From Promethearchaeota archaeon (lineage in GTDB: Archaea; Asgardarchaeota; Hermodarchaeia; Hermodarchaeales; Hermodarchaeaceae), in NCBI GenBank assembly GCA_048938295.1, contig JBHLMI010000011.1, positions 1,337 to 65,336 of the forward strand: a stretch of 64,000 nt of DNA, given 5' to 3'. Numbering within the stretch: the stretch's first letter is position 1; the number at the start of each line of letters is the position of its first letter. A model generated the notes under the pieces. It did not search any database. It worked only from the letters and a program-made list of their open reading frames with translations, and was not told the DNA's origin. Of the stretch, positions 29,539 to 39,304 are shown in pieces. Position numbers and translations under genes: made by a program.

Positions 29539-29955
29539 CTAGCGAGCATGAAGATGGACGATACCATAACCAATTGGAATTAAAATCAAAACTCCCAGAG
29601 TGAACGAAATAACTAGATTCGTGTTGAAAATCAAATCTCCAAAGACAGGAAGGTAGTAGAAACTGTTCCATAGCATAAGCAGGAACCAAAAAATAACAGC
29701 AAAAAGGATGCTTCCCCCAAAATTCGCGGCTACCCATTTTCTTCGTTGATTTGTATAATACCAAATATCAAAAGCTGGGTTACAACACCAATCCATTCGT
29801 TCAACATCTCGAACCCAGGGGTTCATCCCAGCATAGATCATCATAATGACGTACACGAGGAAAAAGAGCCCCAAGGTCAATCCAATCAAAGCGAGAGCCC
29901 CAGCAATTACAAAATCAAGAAGGATTAACGGAAAGAATTGGAGCAACCAATACAC
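29539..29955 (-). CDS. hypothetical membrane protein
   Basis: 138 aa, 4 TM. Confidence 0.45.
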   Translation of the reverse strand: MYWLLQFFPLILLDFVIAGALALIGLTLGLFFLVYVIMMIYAGMNPWVRDVERMDWCCNPAFDIWYYTNQRRKWVAANFGGSILFAVIFWFLLMLWNSFYYLPVFGDLIFNTNLVISFTLGVLILIPIGYGIVHLHAR

Positions 29956-30181
29956 CTCGCTAACAACAGCACTGTATCAGCTAAATAAATTCATGGAGAA
30001 TATGGTTTTCGAGGATCTTTCCATTCCCCGGGTTTTCAGTTGAAGCAATCGTATTAGGATTACTTCTAACGCTTAGTCTAGGAGTTCTCGTTCGACGTCA
30101 CAGAAGGAAGTAGCACCGCTTCCTTCTCTCCTCTTTTTTTGCGAAGAAGCTTTTCCAAGGTGTTAATCGCCTTTCTTCCCA

Positions 30182-30245
30182 ATTTCGAAGACATACATGC
30201 CTGGAATCTTTCAAATGATGTGAAAGAAAGATGTGTTTCACTCCA
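30182..30245 (+). repeat. copy of conserved intergenic element (near-consensus)
   Basis: ATTTCGAAGACATACATGCCTGGAATCTTTCAAATGATGTGAAAGAAAGATGTGTTTCACTCC. Confidence 0.7.
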
Positions 30246-30308
30246 CAGAAGGGAGCGGGATACCTTAGAGATTCTAGCGATTTCAGCTGTTCAAGATATG
30301 TGTGAACT

Positions 30309-31826
30309 TTACTTGTCTTCCCATACACCGGCTGTTTCACAAATCGCTTTTCCTGCTAAAAATCCCGAAGCTTGACAGGGATAGAATCCGTGACCTGGTT
30401 GAGTCCACTGACCCGCGAGCCAAAGATTCGTAATGGGCGATTTTTGGGCAGGCCGCATCGGACCGATCTGGTCAGGCGTCGCATCATACCCATATGCCGT
30501 GCCCCACTCCGTCCAAAGGTACCGCTCATATGTCCGTGGTGTAGCCAGTTCCATGAGTTCTATCTGCCCAGCAAAATTAAGTCCCAATCTTTGTTGCAGG
30601 AAAGCCACAAGTTGATCGGTGGTTTGCTGCTTCATCTGTTTATATTCCGGTGTATTCCGTGTTGGCCACCGCTCGATGGCATCAAAAAGAGTGATTACAA
30701 CATTACTTTTTCCGGTAGGGGCAAACCAAGGACTCCCAAGCCGTGAATAGTTGGTAATCAGGAAACCGCCGGCTTCGGGACTACCCATATTAATGCTCTT
30801 CCGGAGGCTAGCCGCTGAAACCTTCCCTAAATACCAAATCCGTTCATAATCTGGCAGCTGGTCACTCACATCTCCCTCTATCCCTAAAAAGAGGGAAGTA
30901 AAGCTTATGGTGCCTTTCAATTGGTTTAATTTCTGCCCGTACTCCATAATCCTCGGTACGGGTTTGCCTTGAAGGTGCTCCCGAAAGAGTGGACCTGCTG
31001 ATCCATTCCAAACGAAGTAGCGTGCCCGCATCTGTTCTCCACCGGTTAGAACGACATGTGTTGCTTGGTTATCCTCCACGTGCACCTTTTCAACTGGGGT
31101 GTTCAATCGAATCTCAGCACCCGCTTCGGTAAGTCGAGTGGCGTAGGCCTGGGCCAGTGATTGTGACCCTTCGTGGAGTTGCCAACCGCCCTCCTTCAAG
31201 TAAGCCTGAAAGCCTTGGGCGAAGTTGATAATGCTCAGAGTATCGGGACTCTGTCCTAGCCAATTCCAAGCGGCGCTTGTGGCCAGTTTCGCGCCCTCAT
31301 GCCCCTTGAAGAAATGATCGAGCGCTTCTTGGAGCGTCTTCATCCCCCAGTCCATAAGAAATCGTGGCGTCCCCTTGGCTTGAGCATACCCCATGAGCAT
31401 CATAATTTCCTGCATGAGTGTTTCGGTGAACTCAAACCATGCCAGAACATTCTTCTTTGCCTTCGGAAACGCCTCCACCATCGCATTCTGGGCTGCCTCC
31501 CAACCCATGGGCATCGTAAAATCTAGGCTCCCTCCACCAGGCACCGATTCCACTTGGACCCGATACCATTCTTTAAGCTGAATAGGCTGAATTAGTGGTA
31601 GGATATCAAAAAACTGCAGTATCTGGTTGTCCACTGCTCGCCCATTAATTGCATGTAGCGCCGTTTCAAAGTTGTACCCCTTCTGACGAAAACTCGACGC
31701 ACATCCACCAACCTTCCGATGTTGCTCAAACAGCACCACATCCAATCCCCGCTTCGCACAGGTTAAGGCGGCGGACAATCCACCTAGGCCACTTCCAACC
31801 ACGATAACATCTCGAACCACACTCAT
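30309..31826 (-). CDS. FAD-dependent oxidoreductase, phytoene desaturase (CrtI)/amine oxidase-like
   Basis: VIVVGSGLGGLSAALTCAKRGLDVVLFEQHRKVGG dinucleotide-binding motif; 505 aa. Confidence 0.8.
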   Translation of the reverse strand: MSVVRDVIVVGSGLGGLSAALTCAKRGLDVVLFEQHRKVGGCASSFRQKGYNFETALHAINGRAVDNQILQFFDILPLIQPIQLKEWYRVQVESVPGGGSLDFTMPMGWEAAQNAMVEAFPKAKKNVLAWFEFTETLMQEIMMLMGYAQAKGTPRFLMDWGMKTLQEALDHFFKGHEGAKLATSAAWNWLGQSPDTLSIINFAQGFQAYLKEGGWQLHEGSQSLAQAYATRLTEAGAEIRLNTPVEKVHVEDNQATHVVLTGGEQMRARYFVWNGSAGPLFREHLQGKPVPRIMEYGQKLNQLKGTISFTSLFLGIEGDVSDQLPDYERIWYLGKVSAASLRKSINMGSPEAGGFLITNYSRLGSPWFAPTGKSNVVITLFDAIERWPTRNTPEYKQMKQQTTDQLVAFLQQRLGLNFAGQIELMELATPRTYERYLWTEWGTAYGYDATPDQIGPMRPAQKSPITNLWLAGQWTQPGHGFYPCQASGFLAGKAICETAGVWEDK

Positions 31827-31953
31827 TCAATCACCTGAATTGCTTCCTGATTTTTTCGCTCATAGTCACCGAAAGAATTCAAAGGCCATAATAAACGCCT
31901 TCCTTTGAAGCGGATTCAATAAGCATTGGATGAACTTAACTTTATTTTATTCC

Positions 31954-31994
31954 TATACTATTTGTATAAAATTGATTTTATAACAAAATAGTAT
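31954..31994. promoter_or_regulatory. ~40-bp imperfect palindrome in divergent promoter region
   Basis: TATACTATTTGTATAAAATtgATTTTATAACAAAATAGTATA. Confidence 0.3.
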
Positions 31995-32080
31995 AAAAAA
32001 ACGAATCAAAAAATTATGAAGAGCGTGCGTGTATAGCTAGAAGCGAATCATTCTTGGTTTGTTATAGGCAATCCTGATTG

Positions 32081-32138
32081 ATTTCGAAGACGTATGTGCA
32101 ATTGTCGGCAAATGATGTAACGGGCTGATTTTTTCTTC
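32081..32138 (+). repeat. copy of conserved intergenic element
   Basis: ATTTCGAAGACGTATGTGCAATTGTCGGCAAATGATGTAACGGGCTGATTTTTTCTTC. Confidence 0.55.
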
Positions 32139-32284
32139 TGTTAATTGTCGTTTGGATCGGGTTTGACGACGAACATGAGCTTCCATGTCAAAGTAGTTGC
32201 GTCAGTGTTATTATAGGAATAAGTTTATAAAAATAATCTTGGATTTGTATTAGTCTCTGACTACATAAAAAATAGTGAATTCCT

Positions 32285-33535
32285 ATGCTACAACTTGTAA
32301 TTGATCTTCCACTTCTGTTAGTCGTTAGCCTAGTTGTAGTTCTGACCGTAATCAGTGCGGAAATCCAACGGCGCTTAGGCATACCCCAAGTGTTGGGGTT
32401 TATTTTAACAGGAATTTTTCTTGGTCCTCTCCTTTTGGGTCTGATAGACGAAAGGCTTCTAGCTCTATCACCTGTTGTTACGGCGGTGGCGTTGGGGTTC
32501 ATCGGCTATAACATTGGAAATGAGCTCAAGTTCAGTAAAATTCGACAACAGTCACGGAACCTGATACCCATCATCTTAGCCGAAAGTCTTGGGTCAGCGC
32601 TCCTCGTATTTTGTCTTGTCTTCTTCTGGCTTCGTGACCCAATACCTGCCATTCTATTAGCCGGTTTAGCCAGTGCTACTGCTCCTGCAGCAACAGCCGA
32701 TGTAATCTGGGAATTCAAAAGCCGTGGTCCGGTCACAGATGCAGTTATGTTCACATTAATCATCGATGATGTTATCGCGATTATCCTTACCAGCATTACG
32801 ATGAGTATTGTTTTGCTGTTTATTGCCCCAGTAGTGCTGCCACTGCCTTTTCTAATTGCAGCACCAGTAATTGAAATCAGCATGTCTTTGGCCTTGGGTG
32901 CCGGTGTAGGGTTTCTTCTTGCCTTTGGATTAAGTCGTGTAGAAGATCACGGACGGTATATCCTTTTGCTAGTTAGTGTGATTCTTCTCGTTATTGGGGT
33001 TGCTGAATTTTTCCACTTTAGTTCTCTACTCTCTTGTATGATTTTAGGTATAGTGATTGGTAACCGAGTTCCGAAGCAGGCTCAAGAACTGAGTCATGAG
33101 GCAGAAAAAATCATCAGTCCCGTAATCCTCTTTTTCTTCGTTCTCTTCGGTGCCGGGATGATCGACCCGGTCGTGATAACAATCGGAGGCCTATTCATTG
33201 TTACGACGACCATCCTTTACGTAATGGGGCGAGGTTTGGCGAAATATTTCGGAACGCGTTTAGTCGCCACTCTTGGTGACAACCCTCCATCAGTTAAACG
33301 TTACCTCGGATTATGCCTCTTTAGTCAAGCTGGCGTTGCGGTGGGATTGAGCGTGGTGATCGCGGAGCAGCTAAATCAGCTCGGGTTCCCCAGTTACGCG
33401 TTTCTAATTATTGGTGTTATTGGAATCTCAACGCTTATTTTCCAAATCTTTGGACCCCTAGCGCTAAAATTTGCCATCCATCGCGCTGGTGAAGCCAATA
33501 GTAATTCTGATCAAAATCTCATAAATCCGGGTTGA
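32285..33535 (+). CDS. cation:proton antiporter (CPA1/CPA2 Na+/H+ exchanger family)
   Basis: 416 aa, ~12 TM, Na_H_Exchanger-like glycine-rich helices; no KTN domain. Confidence 0.7.
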   Translation: MLQLVIDLPLLLVVSLVVVLTVISAEIQRRLGIPQVLGFILTGIFLGPLLLGLIDERLLALSPVVTAVALGFIGYNIGNELKFSKIRQQSRNLIPIILAESLGSALLVFCLVFFWLRDPIPAILLAGLASATAPAATADVIWEFKSRGPVTDAVMFTLIIDDVIAIILTSITMSIVLLFIAPVVLPLPFLIAAPVIEISMSLALGAGVGFLLAFGLSRVEDHGRYILLLVSVILLVIGVAEFFHFSSLLSCMILGIVIGNRVPKQAQELSHEAEKIISPVILFFFVLFGAGMIDPVVITIGGLFIVTTTILYVMGRGLAKYFGTRLVATLGDNPPSVKRYLGLCLFSQAGVAVGLSVVIAEQLNQLGFPSYAFLIIGVIGISTLIFQIFGPLALKFAIHRAGEANSNSDQNLINPG

Positions 33536-35840
33536 GTTTTCGGAACCGCATTCGCCACAATGCATAGGTTGCTATTACGCCTATGACACTGACTATACCG
33601 ATAATGGGGATGAGAGGTCCAAAGAGTGAGGGGGGATGCACGTAAATGTTGATATGGGTTTCGCCTACTCCACCATCGTCATCAGTGACTGTAAGACTAA
33701 CACGATATAATCTTGGGGCGGAGGCGAGGATTCCCATTTCAGGTCCTTCAAAGGTTACTGTGGGGTAATGACTGGTGCTGGTTTCGGGCGTTGCTCCGTC
33801 TCCAAACTCCCAGTAATAGGTGAAGGTATCTGCGGTTCCCGGGTCTGTGACCGTTAATCCGAATCCGATGGTATCTCCGGCTGCGATATGCGTGTCGGCC
33901 GTCAGCGTTAAGGTGGGCGCTACGTTATGTATCACAAAGGGTTGGGTCTGGACTTCACTATAGCAGAGTCCATCGGAGGCTTGGACATGAACATCAACCT
34001 CTTGGTTGTCTGGATAGGTGTGGGCGATTAGCGTAGTTATCCACCCCGTATCCCAAACGGCGTCGCCGTCCAGATCCCAGCGGAAGGTGAGGGAGGGGCT
34101 GTCATAGTCCATGAAGTGCCACCAGTCGGGGTCAAAGGTGCATTCTTCGCCTTCATCTAACTCATTGGGGCCTGAATAATAATAGGGGTTGGTCGGTGGG
34201 AAATTCGCTAGGGATTTAACACGCAATGAGGGGTCGCCATAAAGCAGGAATTTTAGGGGTTGGTGATAGCCGGCTACCTTGAACCAGGCGCCACCGGAGG
34301 TAATACTGGTTTCTCCTCGTCCAATCGCCCCCAAATTAGTGCCGTCCATCGTTTTGGGCGTATCGCAGTAGCGGGTTACCATATCCCGCCACATATCACC
34401 TAATAGACAATGATCGGTATAGTTCTGGAAGAAGAACAAATCCAGGTATGAATTCCAGGCTTGAGCACCGGACACACACGCAAAGTACCCCATGGCACCA
34501 CGCCATCGTGTCCGCGTCAATAAGTGTTCAGCGAATGAATCTACCGTGTCCGCTTGAAGGCAGGCGGGTGGGGGAAGGGTGGGGTCACCGGCCACAGGCC
34601 ATAATTCTCCGTTGTTAATTCCCAAATGGGCTGTTCCGTATACATCCAGATAGGCTTCGTAGGGCGGTTCCGGACCGATCTTACCTGTCCCACATCCAGC
34701 ACTGAAGACCACAGGCCACTTTGTGGTGGTGAGTGTTGGAGAGCTAATCGAGGACGTGAAGAAGCAGTTCGCCCAGGCCTGAGGATTACCATGACCACCA
34801 AAATTCACAAATCCCACGCCTGTATTTAGGCGGGCAATAATATTGGCTTCAGTTGGTGCACCATCAGTCAATGAGGCCGCTAATCCATTGATGCTAGCGT
34901 TGTAGAGCCGAATTGGATTGAAACCTTCATCTTTGGTCAGGGCAGTGGCGTTAATGGCTTCTTTCGTCGTCAGGTAAGTTTCATCCAAATCATCATCGGG
35001 TGAGTTAGGAACAATAAAAAGCACATTGTTAAACCAGCTCCCCAAGTTAAACCCCTCATATTGGAGGATTTTTTCAACGTAATTTCGCACCTCTAGGGTG
35101 GTGGATGCTGGAACACGACCAATTGCTAAATCGGGGATCAAGTCGAGTCCTTCAAAATTAATGGGATCCGAAGTAAAATATTCGCCATGGAACTCACCAT
35201 AGATATGGTTAGCATTAGGGTCCCAATCATAGTAAGTGCCAGCAGGGCCAATTAGATCGGCGTAGTATAAGTCACAGGGAAAATAACACCCATACCCGTC
35301 CACATCATTGGAATCATTCTGTAGGCGATCTGTACATTGATACCGCACGGGAAACATCTCACAATCACCAACTAACATCACATAATCAGCTCGTCCTGTC
35401 TGGTGACGGAGCTGTATACCCTTGCGAATTCGGGCTGCCTCATCCCACCCATAAAACGAGTTGTTGAAGTATTGCCAACTGGTTAGCTCAACGTCAAATC
35501 CAGTACGGGCTTTCCACTCGGCTAACGGCTCTAATTCAGCCAAAAAATCCTCATGGGCAATAATAAGCAACGAGGGCAAACCATTAACAAAAGCCACCGC
35601 TGGTTCTTCCCTTTCGCAGGTATCAGTCAATACTAACTGCCCATATCCATCGCTTCCAACTATTACACATGCTGTTTCCGAGTTACCCGCGGAAAACAAA
35701 AGTAGTCCAAGAAGACTCAACAATAACACTGATACTATGCCGGATCGATTCCACACCGTTAATACTCCCCTATAACGGGTATCGATAGGCTTTACTGCTA
35801 TTCCCAAAATAAATCTCTTGTCATAAAGGGCGTGTATCAA
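33519..35840 (-). CDS. secreted clan CD cysteine peptidase (gingipain/C25-like) with Ig/PKD-like repeats and C-terminal TM anchor
   Basis: Signal peptide; catalytic His in FGGHGNPQAW and Cys in VFSAGCGTGK (His-Gly ... Ala-Cys dyad spacing of clan CD); C-terminal IPIIGIVSVIGVIATYALWRMRFRK anchor. Confidence 0.65.
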   Translation of the reverse strand: MIHALYDKRFILGIAVKPIDTRYRGVLTVWNRSGIVSVLLLSLLGLLLFSAGNSETACVIVGSDGYGQLVLTDTCEREEPAVAFVNGLPSLLIIAHEDFLAELEPLAEWKARTGFDVELTSWQYFNNSFYGWDEAARIRKGIQLRHQTGRADYVMLVGDCEMFPVRYQCTDRLQNDSNDVDGYGCYFPCDLYYADLIGPAGTYYDWDPNANHIYGEFHGEYFTSDPINFEGLDLIPDLAIGRVPASTTLEVRNYVEKILQYEGFNLGSWFNNVLFIVPNSPDDDLDETYLTTKEAINATALTKDEGFNPIRLYNASINGLAASLTDGAPTEANIIARLNTGVGFVNFGGHGNPQAWANCFFTSSISSPTLTTTKWPVVFSAGCGTGKIGPEPPYEAYLDVYGTAHLGINNGELWPVAGDPTLPPPACLQADTVDSFAEHLLTRTRWRGAMGYFACVSGAQAWNSYLDLFFFQNYTDHCLLGDMWRDMVTRYCDTPKTMDGTNLGAIGRGETSITSGGAWFKVAGYHQPLKFLLYGDPSLRVKSLANFPPTNPYYYSGPNELDEGEECTFDPDWWHFMDYDSPSLTFRWDLDGDAVWDTGWITTLIAHTYPDNQEVDVHVQASDGLCYSEVQTQPFVIHNVAPTLTLTADTHIAAGDTIGFGLTVTDPGTADTFTYYWEFGDGATPETSTSHYPTVTFEGPEMGILASAPRLYRVSLTVTDDDGGVGETHINIYVHPPSLFGPLIPIIGIVSVIGVIATYALWRMRFRKLNPDL

Positions 35841-36697
35841 GTCGAAGATTTACAGTATTTTTTGAATAGAGAACTGGCCTCAGCTAAGGTCATAGGGAGT
35901 GGCTCGTGACCCATTTGAGGAATAAGTTTCGTGGCATTGTGAAATAGTTGGGTAACTATCGGAGGGGCTAAGTGTGCATTATCCAGCATTTTCGCATTGG
36001 AGAAGATTTCTGCGACAGATCCCGCCCCGATGAATTTGCCTTCATAAAGAACGTAAGCGCGGTCTGCAATTAATGGGACGATATTGACATCATGTGTAGC
36101 GGTGATGATGGTGAGATTGCCTTCTGAATAAAGCTTAGATAAGAACTTGGCAAATTCATTTCGCGTACGTGGGTCCATATGGGCGGTGGGCTCGTCAAAG
36201 ACTAGAATTTGGGGGCGCATGGCAAGCACTGATGCGATAGCTGCTCGTTTCTTTTCTCCAACGCTTAGATGATGCGGAGGCTTTTCCTTTAAATGGCTTA
36301 AATCCACCACATTCAATGCTTCGTCGACACGCTGGTTCACCTCTTCGTCTGTAAGCCCCATATTGAGTGGCCCAAAGGCAATGTCTTCCCAAAGTGTTGG
36401 CATGAACAGCTGGTTATCCGGTTCCTGAAAAACTAACCCAATGGCTACCCGAAATTCATGGACATTTTTCGCCGTGAGCTCCCTATTGAGAATTTTAATA
36501 GTTCCCTTGGTCGCTTCAAGGATTCCACACATTATTGAAAGTAGGGTGGATTTTCCCGCTCCATTTGCACCAAGAATTACAGCGCGTTCGTGTAAACCCA
36601 CTTCAAAATCGATATCTTGTAGGGCAATGTGCCCATCTGGATACCGATATTGCACATTCTTCATATTTACAGCACAATGAACCATTTCTAAAACCAA
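35837..36697 (-). CDS. cbiO: ECF transporter ATPase component CbiO/EcfA
   Basis: Walker A GANGAGKST, signature LSVGEKKR, Walker B ILVFDEPTAHMD. Confidence 0.85.
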   Translation of the reverse strand: MVLEMVHCAVNMKNVQYRYPDGHIALQDIDFEVGLHERAVILGANGAGKSTLLSIMCGILEATKGTIKILNRELTAKNVHEFRVAIGLVFQEPDNQLFMPTLWEDIAFGPLNMGLTDEEVNQRVDEALNVVDLSHLKEKPPHHLSVGEKKRAAIASVLAMRPQILVFDEPTAHMDPRTRNEFAKFLSKLYSEGNLTIITATHDVNIVPLIADRAYVLYEGKFIGAGSVAEIFSNAKMLDNAHLAPPIVTQLFHNATKLIPQMGHEPLPMTLAEASSLFKKYCKSST

Positions 36698-37584
36698 CCT
36701 CCAAACAAGGTAACCGGGAACAGAAGGGGTGCGAAGAAGACAAGAGCGGTGATGCCCAACAGGCCGATGACAAATCCGTAATCCTTCAGCCCCATTTTCA
36801 GATGGGTTAATAGGTGGAACTGTCCCGTAAAGCCTCGGGCGATCATTGTTTGATAGACTCTTTCTCCCCGTTCATAAGCCCGGATAAAGAGTGTTCCAAT
36901 CATACTTGATATGGTGCGCCATGTTCGCAATCGGAAAACCCGTTCCTTCTTCACCATTCGGGCTTCTCGGGCTAGCCCCATGCGATAGGCTTCATCCGTA
37001 AAAAGGAAAATGTAACGATACGTGAGGGCTGTTAGTGAAACGAAAAGGCTAGGCAATCGGAGCCGTTGCATTCCGTGTAGTAAAACTGGAAACCGGGTTG
37101 AAAGAGTCAGTAAGCTCAAAGCCGCGACACAGACCCATATGCGCATCCCAAAAATCGCGGCTCGAAGAAGTCCTTCAACAGTTATCCCTATTAGCCAGGT
37201 TCCAAGTGGAATGACAAATATGAGCGTTCCCGGGGTAATGAATGGCAAAGGAATGATAATAATCACTGAAAAGATTATCACCATTGATTGACGACTAAAA
37301 AACGCTCGCAAGGGGATTCGGGAAGCAACGGCTAGCCCTGTCAAGAACAATAATAGAATCGCAAATTGTAGGAGATTTTGCATCAGAACTGTGAAGATGA
37401 TAACACAAGTTAGTCCAATAAGCTTGACGCGAGGATCAATGCGTTGAAGTAGTCCATTTCGACTCGCATACTTCTCAATGGCGAGGCTCTCACCCAGCAC
37501 CTTCAATAATTCTTTAAACATACCCGTTCGATTCCTTCTTGCCACGAATGTTATTCTTTTCGTCGTAACCTGACTAGTAACCAC
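36688..37584 (-). CDS. cbiQ: ECF transporter transmembrane T component CbiQ
   Basis: 298 aa polytopic protein overlapping cbiO by 10 nt and cbiN; operon position. Confidence 0.75.
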   Translation of the reverse strand: MVTSQVTTKRITFVARRNRTGMFKELLKVLGESLAIEKYASRNGLLQRIDPRVKLIGLTCVIIFTVLMQNLLQFAILLLFLTGLAVASRIPLRAFFSRQSMVIIFSVIIIIPLPFITPGTLIFVIPLGTWLIGITVEGLLRAAIFGMRIWVCVAALSLLTLSTRFPVLLHGMQRLRLPSLFVSLTALTYRYIFLFTDEAYRMGLAREARMVKKERVFRLRTWRTISSMIGTLFIRAYERGERVYQTMIARGFTGQFHLLTHLKMGLKDYGFVIGLLGITALVFFAPLLFPVTLFGGWF

Positions 37585-37874
37585 ATGAGCCCAAAGGTTA
37601 TCCCAAGGATGAGCACAACAAAAACCATACCTAACAGGAAATTGGAGAGTAGTACGCCTTCAAGTCCAGGAATCTCATAATCGGGGAAAAGGGGAATCCA
37701 TAATTCCCATTCTGGGGCTCCAAACAAGTTGGCAATGACATCAAGGGTTTCGTTTGCAAAACCCAACCAGATAACTCCAATCGCCACGAATATGATGGCG
37801 ATGAGAACACCACCCAGCATGAGCTTATATTTTTGGTCCATGGTTAGAGCACCTCCTCTAATTTGGGGCTCCAA
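37551..37874 (-). CDS. cbiN: cobalt/nickel transport protein CbiN
   Basis: ~100 aa, 2 TM, between cbiM and cbiQ; likely true start at internal MDQKYKL. Confidence 0.65.
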   Translation of the reverse strand: MEPQIRGGALTMDQKYKLMLGGVLIAIIFVAIGVIWLGFANETLDVIANLFGAPEWELWIPLFPDYEIPGLEGVLLSNFLLGMVFVVLILGITFGLMWLLVRLRRKE

Positions 37875-38542
37875 TCTCCTGTGATGGATGGGACCACACG
37901 CTCAATGACCAGAAGGTCAGGACGTACACCATCAATGACCAACAGAATAACTACTGTAGCACCCCCTTCAATGACTCCGATAACAGAATGATGTACTCCC
38001 ATCGCAATTAACGCAATGGGGGTTGAGTAGGGGAAGAGGGGATAGGAAAATCCGAGCATAATCGCAGCAGAAATTGCCGCCAAAAAATCACCAAAAAACG
38101 CGGCAGCAAACCCACCGACAATCATGCCTGTGCGGTTGGGTGAGATTCGATAGATCAGAACGAAGATAACCCAGGGGATAAAAACTCCAACAATACCCAT
38201 GTTGACGATATTAGCCCCTAGCGTAAGGATGCCTCCGTCGCCAAAGACCAAGGCTTGAATCACCAGAATAACGGTCATGGAAACAAGTGCCGCATAGGGC
38301 CCGAGGGTAATGGCAAGAATAGGTCCTCCTAAGAGGTGGGCGGTTGTTCCGCCAATTATGGGGTAGTTCATCATTTGGGCAGCAAAAAACATGGCCGTTA
38401 AAGTTGCCATCAGTGGGATTTGTTTCTCGTTGAAGTTCCGTTCAAGGCGCCAGAAAGCGAATGCCAGTAGAATGATCGCAATTGCCCACATGATGGCGGA
38501 GAGGAGGATGGTGAGAAAACCGTCCGGGATATGCATGGTCAT
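37844..38542 (-). CDS. cbiM: ECF substrate-capture component CbiM/NikM
   Basis: Hallmark N-terminus MHIPDGFL; 7 TM. Confidence 0.9.
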   Translation of the reverse strand: MTMHIPDGFLTILLSAIMWAIAIILLAFAFWRLERNFNEKQIPLMATLTAMFFAAQMMNYPIIGGTTAHLLGGPILAITLGPYAALVSMTVILVIQALVFGDGGILTLGANIVNMGIVGVFIPWVIFVLIYRISPNRTGMIVGGFAAAFFGDFLAAISAAIMLGFSYPLFPYSTPIALIAMGVHHSVIGVIEGGATVVILLVIDGVRPDLLVIERVVPSITGDWSPKLEEVL

Positions 38543-38732
38543 CTACTTCTCCAAGTAATACTTTTTTACATTTTTTTAATACCTCAATTTAAATGTAACT
38601 ACATAATCAAGGCTCCTACCCCAAGTGCGTTGAGAACCCGGATTCAGCTGTTTTTTCGAGTCTTCTCGTTGAGAAAGAGGTGTAGAGAAAGGTTCAAAGA
38701 GGTTCGCCTCCGAATAGATGCGGGTGACATGA

Positions 38733-39158
38733 ATGGTGGGAGCACCACACGAGATTGCCATTGGTTTGTTTTTTCTTTCCGGCCTGGTGATGCTGATTAT
38801 CATGGCCTTCATTGCGGCAGGAATATGGAGTGTGCAGAAGCGACGCTATCAAAAGAAAGCTACTGAACTTGGTGTTGTGGTGGATCTCTCGAGTAAAGAA
38901 TCATCAATTGATCCCTATGCGATTGAAGGATGTGGGTATTGTGTAGCGTTTGTGATCATTATTATTTTAGCAGCGTTAGGCGTTTCGTTACCCATTATTT
39001 TACCGGGAGATGTCCAGACCCTTCTTGTCCTTATTGTGTCCCTTGTGTTGGGCGGTATGTGTTGGGGCGCCTCAATCTGGAGTTTCTATTATATTTACAA
39101 GATTCCAGCGAAATTTCAATCAATCATTGATGAAGCACTTGATATGACTGAAAAATAA
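38733..39158 (+). CDS. hypothetical membrane protein
   Basis: 141 aa, 4 TM. Confidence 0.4.
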   Translation: MVGAPHEIAIGLFFLSGLVMLIIMAFIAAGIWSVQKRRYQKKATELGVVVDLSSKESSIDPYAIEGCGYCVAFVIIIILAALGVSLPIILPGDVQTLLVLIVSLVLGGMCWGASIWSFYYIYKIPAKFQSIIDEALDMTEK

Positions 39159-39304
39159 CTCACCTTCTAGCCACAGATTATATCTCTGGGTTACTAAATT
39201 TGGGCTTTCTTCAAGGCTAAGGAACCCGTTCTAATTCCATCTTCTAGAAGCGGCCCGTAGAGCACCAATCAATCCGGGAAGGTGCTGGTAGGGCGAGAAC
39301 GTTG

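Noticed and set aside
30098-30340. 80-aa ORF on minus strand
   Set aside because: Lies over repeat copy 30182-30245 in the IGR; basic low-complexity translation; likely non-coding.
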